A stretch of DNA of 64,000 nt from positions 80,082 to 144,081 of the forward strand of contig JBBTCT010000009.1 in assembly GCA_038060895.1 (NCBI GenBank), written 5' to 3'. Made by a program: the position numbers and the translations under genes. How positions within the stretch are numbered: the stretch's first letter is position 1; every line of letters begins with the position of its first letter. This document shows, piece after piece, positions 46,439 to 55,659 of the stretch. Origin of the DNA: Planctomycetota bacterium (GTDB lineage Bacteria; Planctomycetota; MHYJ01; WSZJ01). Under the pieces are notes generated by a model. That model saw only the letters and a list, made by a program, of their open reading frames with translations, did not search any database and was not told the origin of the DNA.

Positions 46439-47731
46439 GGGGACATCCATCGAAATGTCCTGCTTTTTCCCGCCGCGCACGATCGTCAGCTTGATCTTCT
46501 GTCCGGGGAGAAATTTCTGACGGATCACGGAGAGGAAATCGGTCTCCTTGTCCGGCATGGGCTGGCCGTTAAGTGCGATGATGACGTCCCCTGCCCGGAA
46601 ACCGGCCATTCCCGCGGGTCCTTTGGGTCCCGCGTTCCTGACCTTGAGGCCGCCCGCGCGCAGTCCGGCGGCGCTGCGGTCGGCATCGGTCAGCGACTCC
46701 ATCTGCATGCCGAGACGGAGGTCGTTGGCGGAGGTCCGCCAGGTGAAGTCCGCGGCTTTGCGCCAGTCCCCCGCGATCGCGATCGAGAGAGCCTTGCACT
46801 CTGCGCCCCTCTGGACCTGGACCTTGAGCGTGGCCTGGTCCGGGGAGTTATGAAGCACGAACTGGAAATCTGCGATCGACAGCATCGGCGCGCCGTTGAT
46901 CGAGAGAATGACGTCGCCGGCCTGCGCGCCGGCCTTCGCCGCCGGAGTCCCCGCCGCGACCGAGGCGATCTTCGCGCCGTCCGCGACGTCGATCGTGATG
47001 CCGATCGCGTCCGGCATCGGGTAGACCCAGAGCAGGTTGTCCGGGATGGGCTTCTTGTCGGACATGCGAGAGCGGCGCACGCCTTTCCAGACGTGGTGGC
47101 AATGGATGCAGTTGCGCGGAATGTCCGGGTTCCGGAACTGGACTTCGATCGCGGGCATCTGCTCAGGCATCTTGCCCAGGTTCGAGGCTTTGATGTTCTT
47201 GGAAGCGAGCGAAGGACGGTTGGCCGGGTAGCCCTTGTGGATGGCGAGCGCTTTCGTCATCGCTTCCTTGAGTCCGCTCGTCGAAAAGAGCGAGTCGCCA
47301 CCGTCCCGGCGCGACCCGTACCGGCCGTAGACGGTCATGTCCGCATTGATGAAGAACCCGGCCCAGGAGAGGTCGAAGTCGAAATTGAAGATCGCGGTGT
47401 CGACGCCCCGCATCTGGATGATCCGAACGAGGACGAACCCCTTGCTGAGTTCGTCGAGCCCGTCGCCGAGACGCGCCACCTGCGCGTCAAACTTGTTACA
47501 GCTGACTCAGGGCACTCACCGGAAGACGACGAGAATCGGCTTGTTCTCGCGCTTCGCCCTGGCGACGGCGGAAGGGAGGTCGTCGTAGATCCACGCGGGG
47601 TTGATTTCGGTGTTGTCGTTGATCTTGTCGCGCTTTTCGGCCGGCGTGTCGCCCGCGGGGAGACGTGAAGCGACAAGGGTGGCGAGGAGAGCTGCGAGGG
47701 CAGAGGAAGCGAAGAGTTTTGGGCGAATCAT
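46436..47731 (-). CDS. Trx-like/PDZ-domain selenoprotein with two in-frame UGA (UxxU), CxxCH motif and signal peptide (431 aa)
   Basis: ORFs 47516-47731 and 46436-47479 are in frame and joined by FR-TGA-VP-TGA-VSC. SECIS-like hairpin; two PDZ repeats (PAAKAG..AGDVI). Confidence 0.85.
47470..47488 (-). promoter_or_regulatory. Bacterial SECIS-like hairpin
   Basis: GACGCGC-AGGTG-GCGCGTC, 18 nt after the second UGA. Confidence 0.75.
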
Positions 47732-47828
47732 AGGCGTGCCAGAAGGACGGAGGGAGTGCCGGAGCGTTACATCGGCGACCGGCGTCCATGGAGAGCGGAT
47801 GTAACTCCTTATGTATAAATGACTTGCA

Positions 47829-49127
47829 TCACGGCAGATCGAGGGAGATCTCCGCTTTCTTGCCGCCTCGGAGAATGGCGAATTTCAATTTCTGGCCCAC
47901 GAGGAACTTCTGGCGCAGAAGAGCCAGGAATTCCCTTTCGGTCGCCGGCACCGCCTGTCCGCCCACGCTCGTGAGGATGTCGCCGTCCTGGAACCCCGCT
48001 TTTTTCGCGGGGCTCTGCGGATACATCGGCTTGATCTTCAACCCGCCGTCCTTCAGCCCCGCAAGCTTCCGCTCGTCCGCAGTCAACACGTCGCTCTGGA
48101 ATCCGATGCGCAAGTCGTACGCCGAGTCGCGCCAGGTGAAGTCCGTGGACCTTCGCCAGTCCCCGCAGAGGTTCGCGGTCATGGTCTTTTTCCCGGCGCC
48201 GCGCAGCACGTCGATTTTCACGTTCTCGTTGTCTCCGCAGTTCTGCAGGAAAAACTGGATGTCCGCCAGCGACACGATCGGCGTCCCGTTCAGCGCTTCA
48301 ATTTCGTCCCCCGCCTCCACCCCGGCCTTGTCGGCGATCGAGTCCTTCACGACCTGGCGTACCTTCGTCCCGTCGGCAATCTCCATCTGCATTCCCCAGG
48401 AGTCGGGAAGCGGATAGAGGTAGATCAGCGTGTCGGGGAGCGCCTGCTTCGCGTTCATCATCGTGCGCCGGATCCCGCGCCAGACGTGGTGACAGTGGAT
48501 GCACTTCTTCGGCAGCTCGTCCTGTTTGAACTGGTCCGCGATCGCGGGCATGGTCTCGGGAAATTTCTGCGCGTACGGCTTCCCGGTTTTCGCCCTGAGC
48601 GCGGCCTTGTTGGCGGGGTAGCCCTTGTGGACGGCGAGCGCCCTGGTCATCGCGGCCTTGAGGCCGTCCACCGACATGAGCTGGTCTGACTTGTCCCGTC
48701 CCGCATTTCGCGACCCGTAGCGCCCGTAGATCGTGAGGTCGGCATTCAGGAAGATCCCGCACCATGTGAGGTCGTAGTCGAACTGGAACACCGACGTGTC
48801 GATCCCGCGCATCTGGATGACGCGAACGCAGACGAATTCCTTCGCCAGGTCCCCGAGTCCGCTCTCAAGACGGGCCACCTGCCCGTCAAACGTCTTGCAC
48901 GACGCTCACGGCACTCACCGGAACGCGGCAAGGACCGGCTTGTTTTCCTTTTTCGCCCGAGCGAGCGCCGCCGGCAGGTCGTCGTAGAGCCAGCCCGCTG
49001 CCAACTCGACCTTGTCGTTGACCTTGTCTTTCTTCTCGGCCGCAGGATCGCCTGCCGTGGTCGGCGACAGCGCCATCGCAAGGAGCACGACGGCGGAAAC
49101 GATAAAGAAGAATCGGGACGGGAGCAT
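47829..49127 (-). CDS. Paralogous Trx-like/PDZ selenoprotein with UxxU, CxxCH and signal peptide (432 aa)
   Basis: ATG at 49127 with AGGAG RBS; FR-TGA-VP-TGA-ASC at 48917-48897 continues in frame into ORF 47829-48878. Confidence 0.85.
48869..48887 (-). promoter_or_regulatory. Bacterial SECIS-like hairpin
   Basis: GACGGGC-AGGTG-GCCCGTC, 18 nt after the second UGA; compensatory change relative to the paralog. Confidence 0.75.
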
Positions 49128-49167
49128 CACGGGATCTCCTGTTCTGCAGTCGGGGGGAAGTTTGATC

Positions 49168-50070
49168 TTACGCCAGGCCGCGCCGATCCGGCTCGAGAGC
49201 TTCAAGGTGCGCCAGGACGCACCTTGGAAGCGCCTCGAGGTCGTACCCGCCCTCAAGCACGCTTGCAACAGGGCGCTTCAGCCGTTTCACGATTCCCGTC
49301 AGCTCCGCAAAATCCTCGATCTCGAGATTCAACCCGCCGATCGGGTCCTTCTTCCACGCGTCAAACCCGGCGGAAATCAGCACGAGCTCCGGATCGAATT
49401 TCCGACACGGGCCCTCGATCACTTCCGCGAATTCCGCCTTGAACGTCGCCGCGCTCGTGTTCCAGGGGAACGGCCGGTTGATCGTAAACCCGAGCCCGCG
49501 CCCGCTTCCCGTCTCGGCGCGCGCCCCGGTGCCGGGATAGAACGGCCACCGGTGCGTGGAAAAGTACAGCACGTCCGGGTCCTCGTAGAAAATGTCCTGC
49601 GTCCCGTTTCCGTGATGCACGTCCCAGTCCACGATCAGGACCCGCTTCGCCTGTTTTGCCGCGAGCGCGACATTGTTGAAGAGGCAGAAACCCATGGCCC
49701 GGTCGCGCGTGGCGTGGTGGCCCGGCGGCCGGATGAGCGCGGCGGCCGGCTTTCCCGCGAGTGCGGACCGCGCCGCGTCGCGGGCTGCGCCGGCGGCGAG
49801 AAGCGCTGCACGGACGGATCCTTCGGAGACGTAAGTGTCCGGGTCGAGCATCGCCGGCGCGTATTCGTCGGCGGAAGTCACCCGCCCCACATGCCCGGCC
49901 GAATGGACGGCGAGGAGCTCTTCCCAGGTCGCCGGCCGCGGATCGTCCCACTTCCATCCCTCGCGCCCCGTCCCGATCGCCTTCACCACCGACTCGAGCC
50001 GCTCCGGGCACTCCGGATGCGTGCCGGAAGCGCGGTGCGCGTTGCAGGCCGTGTGCGTGAAGAGGATCAC
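49168..50070 (-). CDS. Histone deacetylase family protein
   Basis: HPECPER, RPPGHHA, GFCLFNN, DWDVHHGNGTQ, SAGFD and LEGGY motifs. Confidence 0.96.
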   Translation of the reverse strand: MILFTHTACNAHRASGTHPECPERLESVVKAIGTGREGWKWDDPRPATWEELLAVHSAGHVGRVTSADEYAPAMLDPDTYVSEGSVRAALLAAGAARDAARSALAGKPAAALIRPPGHHATRDRAMGFCLFNNVALAAKQAKRVLIVDWDVHHGNGTQDIFYEDPDVLYFSTHRWPFYPGTGARAETGSGRGLGFTINRPFPWNTSAATFKAEFAEVIEGPCRKFDPELVLISAGFDAWKKDPIGGLNLEIEDFAELTGIVKRLKRPVASVLEGGYDLEALPRCVLAHLEALEPDRRGLA

Positions 50071-50126
50071 GCGCGAAGTGTATCGCGATGGGGCGCGATC
50101 GCGGGGCGTGCGACATAATCCCCCCG

Positions 50127-51110
50127 ATGAGAGTTCTCTGCGCGCCGAATGCCTTCAAGGGGACGCTGACGGCGCTTCAGGCGGCAAACGCGATGGCGCG
50201 GGGAGTCCGCCGGGCGGGCGCCACTCCGGTTCTGCTTCCCGTCGCCGACGGCGGGGACGGCACGGCCGCGGTGCTGGGGGGGAAGCGCGTGCGGATGGTC
50301 GCGACCGGACCGCACGGCGAACGGATGCGCGTGGAGTACCGGCGGAAGGGGAGAGACGCGATCGTCGAGGTCGCGCAGGTCGGGCTGGCGCGGACGAAGC
50401 GGCGGGACCCGTTGAATGCGACTTCGCTGGGAGTGGCGGAGATGATCGGTCACGCGGCCCGGCACGGGGCCCGCAGGGTGCTGGTCGCGCTTGGCGGATC
50501 GGCCACGGTTGACGCCGGGCTGGCGATTCTCGGCAAGATCTCCGCGCTCAGCCGTCCTCCGAAATTCATCGGGTTGTGCGACGTGCAGACTCGCTTCCTT
50601 GACGCCCCCCGCGTATTTGCGCCGCAGAAGGGAGCGACGCCCGAACAGACGCGGTGGCTGACGCGGGAGTTCCTCCGCCTGTCGCAGGCCATGGCCGGCG
50701 GGCGCCGCGCGGCACGCGTGCCAGGTTCCGGCGCGGCGGGCGGAATCGGCTGGGCCATGGTTCTCCTGGGCGGCGAGCTCAGGCTCGGCGGGGAATTCGT
50801 GCTGGAGGCTCTTCGTCTGGATGACGCACTGCGTCAAACCAGCCTGGTTCTGACCGGCGAGGGGCGCTGGGATTCCACGACGCGCGAGGGTAAGGCGCCC
50901 TGGGCGGTGATGCGGCATGCGCGAAGGGCCGGAGTCCCCTGCGTGGCGCTGTGCGGGCAGGTGATCATCCGCACTCCTGGCGTCGTGGCGGTCGCAAGAT
51001 CGGCGAAGGAGGGAATGCGGCGGGCGGCTCCTCTGTTGGAAGAGGCGGCGTACCGCGTGACGCATTCGCGATTGAGCGCCGGATCCCGGTCTTGTAAGGT
51101 GACGCGATGA
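50127..51110 (+). CDS. Glycerate kinase (GlxK/GarK family)
   Basis: AP.AFKGTL, PVADGG.GT, GGSATVD.G, FAPQKGA, GAAGG and TGEG..D..T..GK.P motifs. Confidence 0.9.
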   Translation: MRVLCAPNAFKGTLTALQAANAMARGVRRAGATPVLLPVADGGDGTAAVLGGKRVRMVATGPHGERMRVEYRRKGRDAIVEVAQVGLARTKRRDPLNATSLGVAEMIGHAARHGARRVLVALGGSATVDAGLAILGKISALSRPPKFIGLCDVQTRFLDAPRVFAPQKGATPEQTRWLTREFLRLSQAMAGGRRAARVPGSGAAGGIGWAMVLLGGELRLGGEFVLEALRLDDALRQTSLVLTGEGRWDSTTREGKAPWAVMRHARRAGVPCVALCGQVIIRTPGVVAVARSAKEGMRRAAPLLEEAAYRVTHSRLSAGSRSCKVTR

Positions 51111-51475
51111 AGCGCAGGATGACGACGATGCTGGCGGCCGCGGTTTTCTTCGCGGGGCACCTCGCCGCATCGGCGTGCTTCGCCTCCATGACGCTTACGG
51201 CATCGCGAAAACCGAAACCGGCGCATTCATGCTGCCAGAAGCGGGCGCCGGCCCAGGCGCCCGTCCCGCAGTCGTGCTGCTGCGTCGATGGGCCCACCCT
51301 GGCGCTGGTGGACGACCAGGCTGGCGGTATTGACGCGCCGCCCGCCTTCGCGCACGAGGTGCCGATTACGGCGCCGGAGACGACGGCACTTCTCCGCTCC
51401 GCCCGCGGGCGCGAACCGCCCGATCGCGCGAGCGACGTGCCGCTTCACATCCTGCACCGGATGCTTCTGGTCTAG
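51107..51475 (+). CDS. Cys-rich small exported protein heading the copper cassette (DUF2946/CutF-like)
   Basis: Signal-like N-terminus, HSCC and SCCC clusters, C-terminal RGREPP. Confidence 0.6.
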   Translation: MKRRMTTMLAAAVFFAGHLAASACFASMTLTASRKPKPAHSCCQKRAPAQAPVPQSCCCVDGPTLALVDDQAGGIDAPPAFAHEVPITAPETTALLRSARGREPPDRASDVPLHILHRMLLV

Positions 51476-51563
51476 AGACGCCGGGTTCCCCGTGTCGCGG
51501 CCGGCATCCGTTCCGCCGGCGCGCTGGTTGAGCTGCCCGCAGAATCCCTCTCGAGGACTCACG

Positions 51564-51857
51564 ATGAAACGCCTTATGCCGTTCGCGCTGGCCGTTCTGG
51601 GCGGGTGCGCCGGAGGGGGTGATCCGGTCCCGGGGCCTGCCCATCCTGCCGACGCGGCTGCGGCAGAAACACCGTGGTCGCCGCCGCCCGACCGGCTTGC
51701 GGGGCCCGTGGAACCGCTCGAAGGGCCGAAGGCGCCGGAGGGCGTGACCTGGAGTTGCCCGATGCATCCGGAAGTGACGAGCGACAAGGCGGGAACCTGC
51801 CCCAAGTGCGGGATGGACCTGGCGCCCGGCAAGGTCGGGGAGCACGACCACAAATGA
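51564..51857 (+). CDS. Heavy-metal-binding-domain lipoprotein
   Basis: LGGC lipobox and WSCPMHPEV..DKAG.CPKCGMDL. Confidence 0.85.
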   Translation: MKRLMPFALAVLGGCAGGGDPVPGPAHPADAAAAETPWSPPPDRLAGPVEPLEGPKAPEGVTWSCPMHPEVTSDKAGTCPKCGMDLAPGKVGEHDHK

Positions 51858-53215
51858 AAACGAAACTGCTGGCGATGGCGGGGCTGGTCCTCGCCGGATG
51901 CGCGGTGCCTGAGGACGCCGGGTTCGAGGATGTCCGCAAGCCGGCCGAGGAGCGGACCGGGAAGAAAGTCCACTGGTTCCGCGGCGGACCCGAGGACGAC
52001 GAAGTCCGGCGGACGCTCGAGAATCTGTTCCGGGAAGAGTTGACCCCGGAAACCGCCGTGCAGATTGCGCTCTTCAATAATCCCGGCCTCCAGGCCCAGT
52101 ACGAAGATCTTGGCGTCGCGCAGGCCGACCTGGTCCAGGCGGGCATCCTGAAGAACCCGACGCTGATGGCCGGCGCTCACTTTCCGACAAGATCCGGCAT
52201 CAACACAGGCCTCGAATTCGAAATCGTGCAGGAATTTCTCGACCTGCTCATGTTCCCGGCGCGGAGGGAACTGGCGTCGCACGAATTCGAGCGCGTGAAA
52301 CTTCGCGTCTCCGATGACGTCGTGGACGTGGCGGCGCGCACGAAGGCGGCCTGGTTCGAGGTCGTCGCGGCCCAGCAGACCGCCGAGGTCCACCATGCGA
52401 TTGCCGCCGCTGCCGAGGCCCGCGCGGACCTCGCAAAGCGCCTCAAGGACGCGGGGAATCTGAGCGAGCTGGCCGTGGCGCGGGAGACGGACGAGGCGGA
52501 GAGCGCAAAGCGGGCCTGGAGCAAGGCCGAGAACGAAGTGCTGGAAGCGCGCGAAAGGCTGACGGTTCTCCTGGGGGCGTGGGGAGCGCAGGTGTCGTGG
52601 ACAGCTCCGAAGAAACTTCCCGAACTTCCCGCGGGAGAAATCCCGTTGGCCGGGCTCGAGTCGCTCGCAATCGCGCGCCGTCTCGACCTCGCCGCGGCGA
52701 TTCGGGAGCGCGACGCCTCCGCCAGCCGTCTCCAGCTCGTAAAGGCCTTCCGCTGGTTCGGGACGATTGAGCTGGGAGCGGGAGTGCATCGAGAGCCCGA
52801 GCCGGAGGTCGGATGGCTGGTCGGGCCCTCCCTGGCGTTGTCGCTTCCCATCTTCGACCGCCAGCAGGCCGTCATCTTCGCGCTCGAAGCCGAACTTCGC
52901 CGGCGTGAGTCGCTCGATCGCGATCTTGCGGTCCGGATCCGCGCCGAAACGCGCACGGCCAGGAACCGGCTGGTGTCCACCCGGAGGCTGGCCGAGCACC
53001 AGCAGAAGGTCGTCATTCCGCTTCGCGAGCGAATCGTGGATCTCTCGCTGAAGGAATACAACTTCATGCTCATCGGAATTGCGGAGGTCCTGCGGGCGAG
53101 GGAAGCGGAGTACGAGGCGTACGAGGAGTCCATCGAACTCGTTCGCGATTACTGGATCGCGAGGACGGAGCTGGAGCGTGCCGTGGGCGGACGACTTCCT
53201 GAACCTGCCAGGTAA
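51854..53215 (+). CDS. TolC-family outer-membrane lipoprotein (copper resistance cassette)
   Basis: LAGC lipobox, AVQIALFNNPGLQA, QAG.L.NP and LPIFD motifs. Confidence 0.88.
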   Translation: MKTKLLAMAGLVLAGCAVPEDAGFEDVRKPAEERTGKKVHWFRGGPEDDEVRRTLENLFREELTPETAVQIALFNNPGLQAQYEDLGVAQADLVQAGILKNPTLMAGAHFPTRSGINTGLEFEIVQEFLDLLMFPARRELASHEFERVKLRVSDDVVDVAARTKAAWFEVVAAQQTAEVHHAIAAAAEARADLAKRLKDAGNLSELAVARETDEAESAKRAWSKAENEVLEARERLTVLLGAWGAQVSWTAPKKLPELPAGEIPLAGLESLAIARRLDLAAAIRERDASASRLQLVKAFRWFGTIELGAGVHREPEPEVGWLVGPSLALSLPIFDRQQAVIFALEAELRRRESLDRDLAVRIRAETRTARNRLVSTRRLAEHQQKVVIPLRERIVDLSLKEYNFMLIGIAEVLRAREAEYEAYEESIELVRDYWIARTELERAVGGRLPEPAR

Positions 53216-53227
53216 CGGAGAAATCCA

Positions 53228-54511
53228 ATGCTGACGAGACGAGAGCTTCTGATGACGGGCGGAGCCGCACTGGCGGGAGCGGGACTGCTGATGAAGGGGA
53301 CGGCGCGGGCCGAGGATCCGCCGGACGCGGGCGGGTACACGCCCGTCGATACTCCGAACGGCGCAACGCTGCCCTTCACGTTGAAAGGCGGCGTGAAAGA
53401 ATTCCATTTGATCGCCGAGCCGGTGGACCACGAATTTGCGCCGGGATTCAAGGCGAAGTGCTGGGGTTACAACGGCCGCACGCCCGGGCCCACGATCGAG
53501 TGCGTAGAGGGCGACAGGATCCGCATCCTGGTCGAGAACCGGCTGCCGGAAGCGACGACGATCCACTGGCACGGCGTCCTGCTTCCGAACGGGATGGACG
53601 GAGTCGGAGGCCTGAACCAGCCCTTCATCGAGCCGGGCGAAACCTGGGCATACGAATACACGCTCAAGCAGCACGGCACGCTCATGTATCACCCCCATGT
53701 CGATGAAATGACGCAGATGGCCGTGGGGATGATGGGCCTGTTGATTGTCCATCCGAAGAACCCGCCCGCCCACAAGGTGGACCGCGATTTCGCCATCATG
53801 CTTCACATGTGGGCGATCGAGCCGGGAACCTACCGCCCCGACCCGGCCGTCATGCTCGACTTCAACACGTTCACGTTCAACAGCAAGGCGTACCCGGGCA
53901 CGGCGCCGCTCGTCGTGCGCACGGGACAGCGCGTCCGCATCCGTCTCGGCAATCTCAGCATGGACGAGCACCCGATCCACCTTCACGGATTCAATTTCCG
54001 CGCAACGGGGACCGACGGCGGACCCATTCCCCTCTCCGCGCAGTTCCCTGAAACCACTTCGCTCATCTCCGTCGGCGCGACGCGCGATTTCGAATTTGTC
54101 GCGGACGCTCCCGGGGACTGGATCATGCACTGTCACAAGTCGCACCACGCCATGAACGCCATGGGACATCACGTTCCCAACATGCTCGGCGTGGACCAGC
54201 GCGGACTCGAAGGCCGGATCCGCAAGCTTCTTCCCGGATACATGGCCATGGGCGAAAAGGGAATGGCCGATATGCAGGACATGACGATGCCCGGACCCGA
54301 AAACACCCTTCCGATGATGATGGGCAAAGCCCTCTACGGAAACATCGGGATGGGCGGAATGTTCACGATCGTGAAAGTCCGCGACGGGATTACGACCTGG
54401 GAGGACCCGGGCTGGTACAAGGCCCCCGAGGGGACGATGACCTGGAAGGTCAGCGAAGCGAAGAAAGAGAAGGACGGCGAACCCGGAAAGGATCACGGCG
54501 GGCACAAATAG
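53228..54511 (+). CDS. Tat-exported two-domain multicopper oxidase
   Basis: TRRELL Tat signal; IHWHG, YHPH, HPIHLHG and HCHKSHH motifs; Met-rich tail. Confidence 0.95.
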   Translation: MLTRRELLMTGGAALAGAGLLMKGTARAEDPPDAGGYTPVDTPNGATLPFTLKGGVKEFHLIAEPVDHEFAPGFKAKCWGYNGRTPGPTIECVEGDRIRILVENRLPEATTIHWHGVLLPNGMDGVGGLNQPFIEPGETWAYEYTLKQHGTLMYHPHVDEMTQMAVGMMGLLIVHPKNPPAHKVDRDFAIMLHMWAIEPGTYRPDPAVMLDFNTFTFNSKAYPGTAPLVVRTGQRVRIRLGNLSMDEHPIHLHGFNFRATGTDGGPIPLSAQFPETTSLISVGATRDFEFVADAPGDWIMHCHKSHHAMNAMGHHVPNMLGVDQRGLEGRIRKLLPGYMAMGEKGMADMQDMTMPGPENTLPMMMGKALYGNIGMGGMFTIVKVRDGITTWEDPGWYKAPEGTMTWKVSEAKKEKDGEPGKDHGGHK

Positions 54512-54612
54512 CGCGCTCATCCGGGTTGGCAAGACGCGACCGATGCCAGAATCGCATCGGACTTGGCCGCAGTGTAGAATCGCCCATTCGCTATTCATCG
54601 AGGGAGGCTCGC

Positions 54613-55032
54613 ATGGTCCCGTGCGCCAAAGATGTCATTCGACAGTGGTTCTACGATGTCTGGAATCGTAAAGATCCCTCCGCCATCGACCGGCTCACCA
54701 CGCCGGACTGCATCATTCACGGCCTGGCCGAAGGAGGTCCCACCCCGGGAGGCGTTCCGCACTTCAAGCAGTTCCACGCGATTTTCTGCTCCACCTATCC
54801 CGACATGCTGATCACGGTCGAGGACCTGATCGAAGAGGGCGACCGCGTGGCCTGGCGGATTACCTTCCGCGGGACGCACACCGGTCATGCCCTGGGGATG
54901 CCGGCTTCCAACAGGCCCATCCTCGTCACCGCTATCGGCATATCGCGGATCGTCGACGGGCGCATCGTCGAGGCCTGGAACGAGTTCGACCGGTACGGAA
55001 TGTTCCAGCAGATCAACGCCGTCCGGCCCTGA
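54613..55032 (+). CDS. SnoaL-like ester cyclase (NTF2 fold)
   Basis: YPD...VEDLI.EGDRVA.R....GTHTG...G.P and DGRIVEAW..FD motifs. Confidence 0.9.
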   Translation: MVPCAKDVIRQWFYDVWNRKDPSAIDRLTTPDCIIHGLAEGGPTPGGVPHFKQFHAIFCSTYPDMLITVEDLIEEGDRVAWRITFRGTHTGHALGMPASNRPILVTAIGISRIVDGRIVEAWNEFDRYGMFQQINAVRP

Positions 55033-55108
55033 GGAACACCGGATGTCGATGGAATGGTCCTGACCGGCACTTCAGCCGGATGCCCTCCCGCGCCGAAATT
55101 GGAAGCAC

Positions 55109-55654
55109 ATGCGTCTCTTCGACTTCCTCCTCGTCACGCTCATCACGGCCACGCTCCTCGCCGTCGTCGTCGTGTTTCACAACGACGCCATGCCCTACCC
55201 CGTCGCACCTCCTGCCACTACCGCCGATGTCGCCCACACCCGGTCCTGGGCCGGAATCTGGGTGCATTCCAGCGGCGCGCCCAGAGGATCGCTCAAGTCC
55301 CTCGAAGCGGCGCACGCGGCCCGCGGCGGCGCTCCCTTTCATTTTGTGATCGGAAACGGGACGGAGTCTGCGGACGGGCAAGTCGAAGAAGGGCCCCGCT
55401 GGGCCGCGCAGCAGCCAGGGCTGAACCGCGAGGTCATCGAAATCTGCCTCATCGGGCAGATCGACCGCGAGAAGCCGACTCGGAAGCAGCAGTCCGCCCT
55501 TGAAGCGCTCTGCGCGCGGCTGTGCAAGGAGCGGCTGATCCCTTCGAGCGAGGTCTGCGCGGAAAGCGAGAAAAAGCGCGGGGTGCGGTGCCCAGGCCGG
55601 TTCTTCGACGCGGCCGGGACGCGCGCAGCCGTCGCGCACCTGCTCGCAAAGTAG
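55109..55654 (+). CDS. Membrane-anchored Amidase_2/PGRP-like protein, possibly inactive
   Basis: W.GI.VHSS, FHFVIGNG...DG.VE...RW..Q, I.ICLIG, PT.KQ and CPG..F motifs. Confidence 0.75.
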   Translation: MRLFDFLLVTLITATLLAVVVVFHNDAMPYPVAPPATTADVAHTRSWAGIWVHSSGAPRGSLKSLEAAHAARGGAPFHFVIGNGTESADGQVEEGPRWAAQQPGLNREVIEICLIGQIDREKPTRKQQSALEALCARLCKERLIPSSEVCAESEKKRGVRCPGRFFDAAGTRAAVAHLLAK

Positions 55655-55659
55655 AGCCG

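Noticed and set aside
47507-48917. Reading the two PDZ genes as pseudogenes with premature stops
   Set aside because: The same two TGAs are kept at the CxxC position in both diverged paralogs, with a covarying hairpin and no other lesions.
51227-54598. 1123-aa minus-strand ORF
   Set aside because: Antisense shadow of the copper cassette, typical of high-GC DNA; no recognisable motifs.
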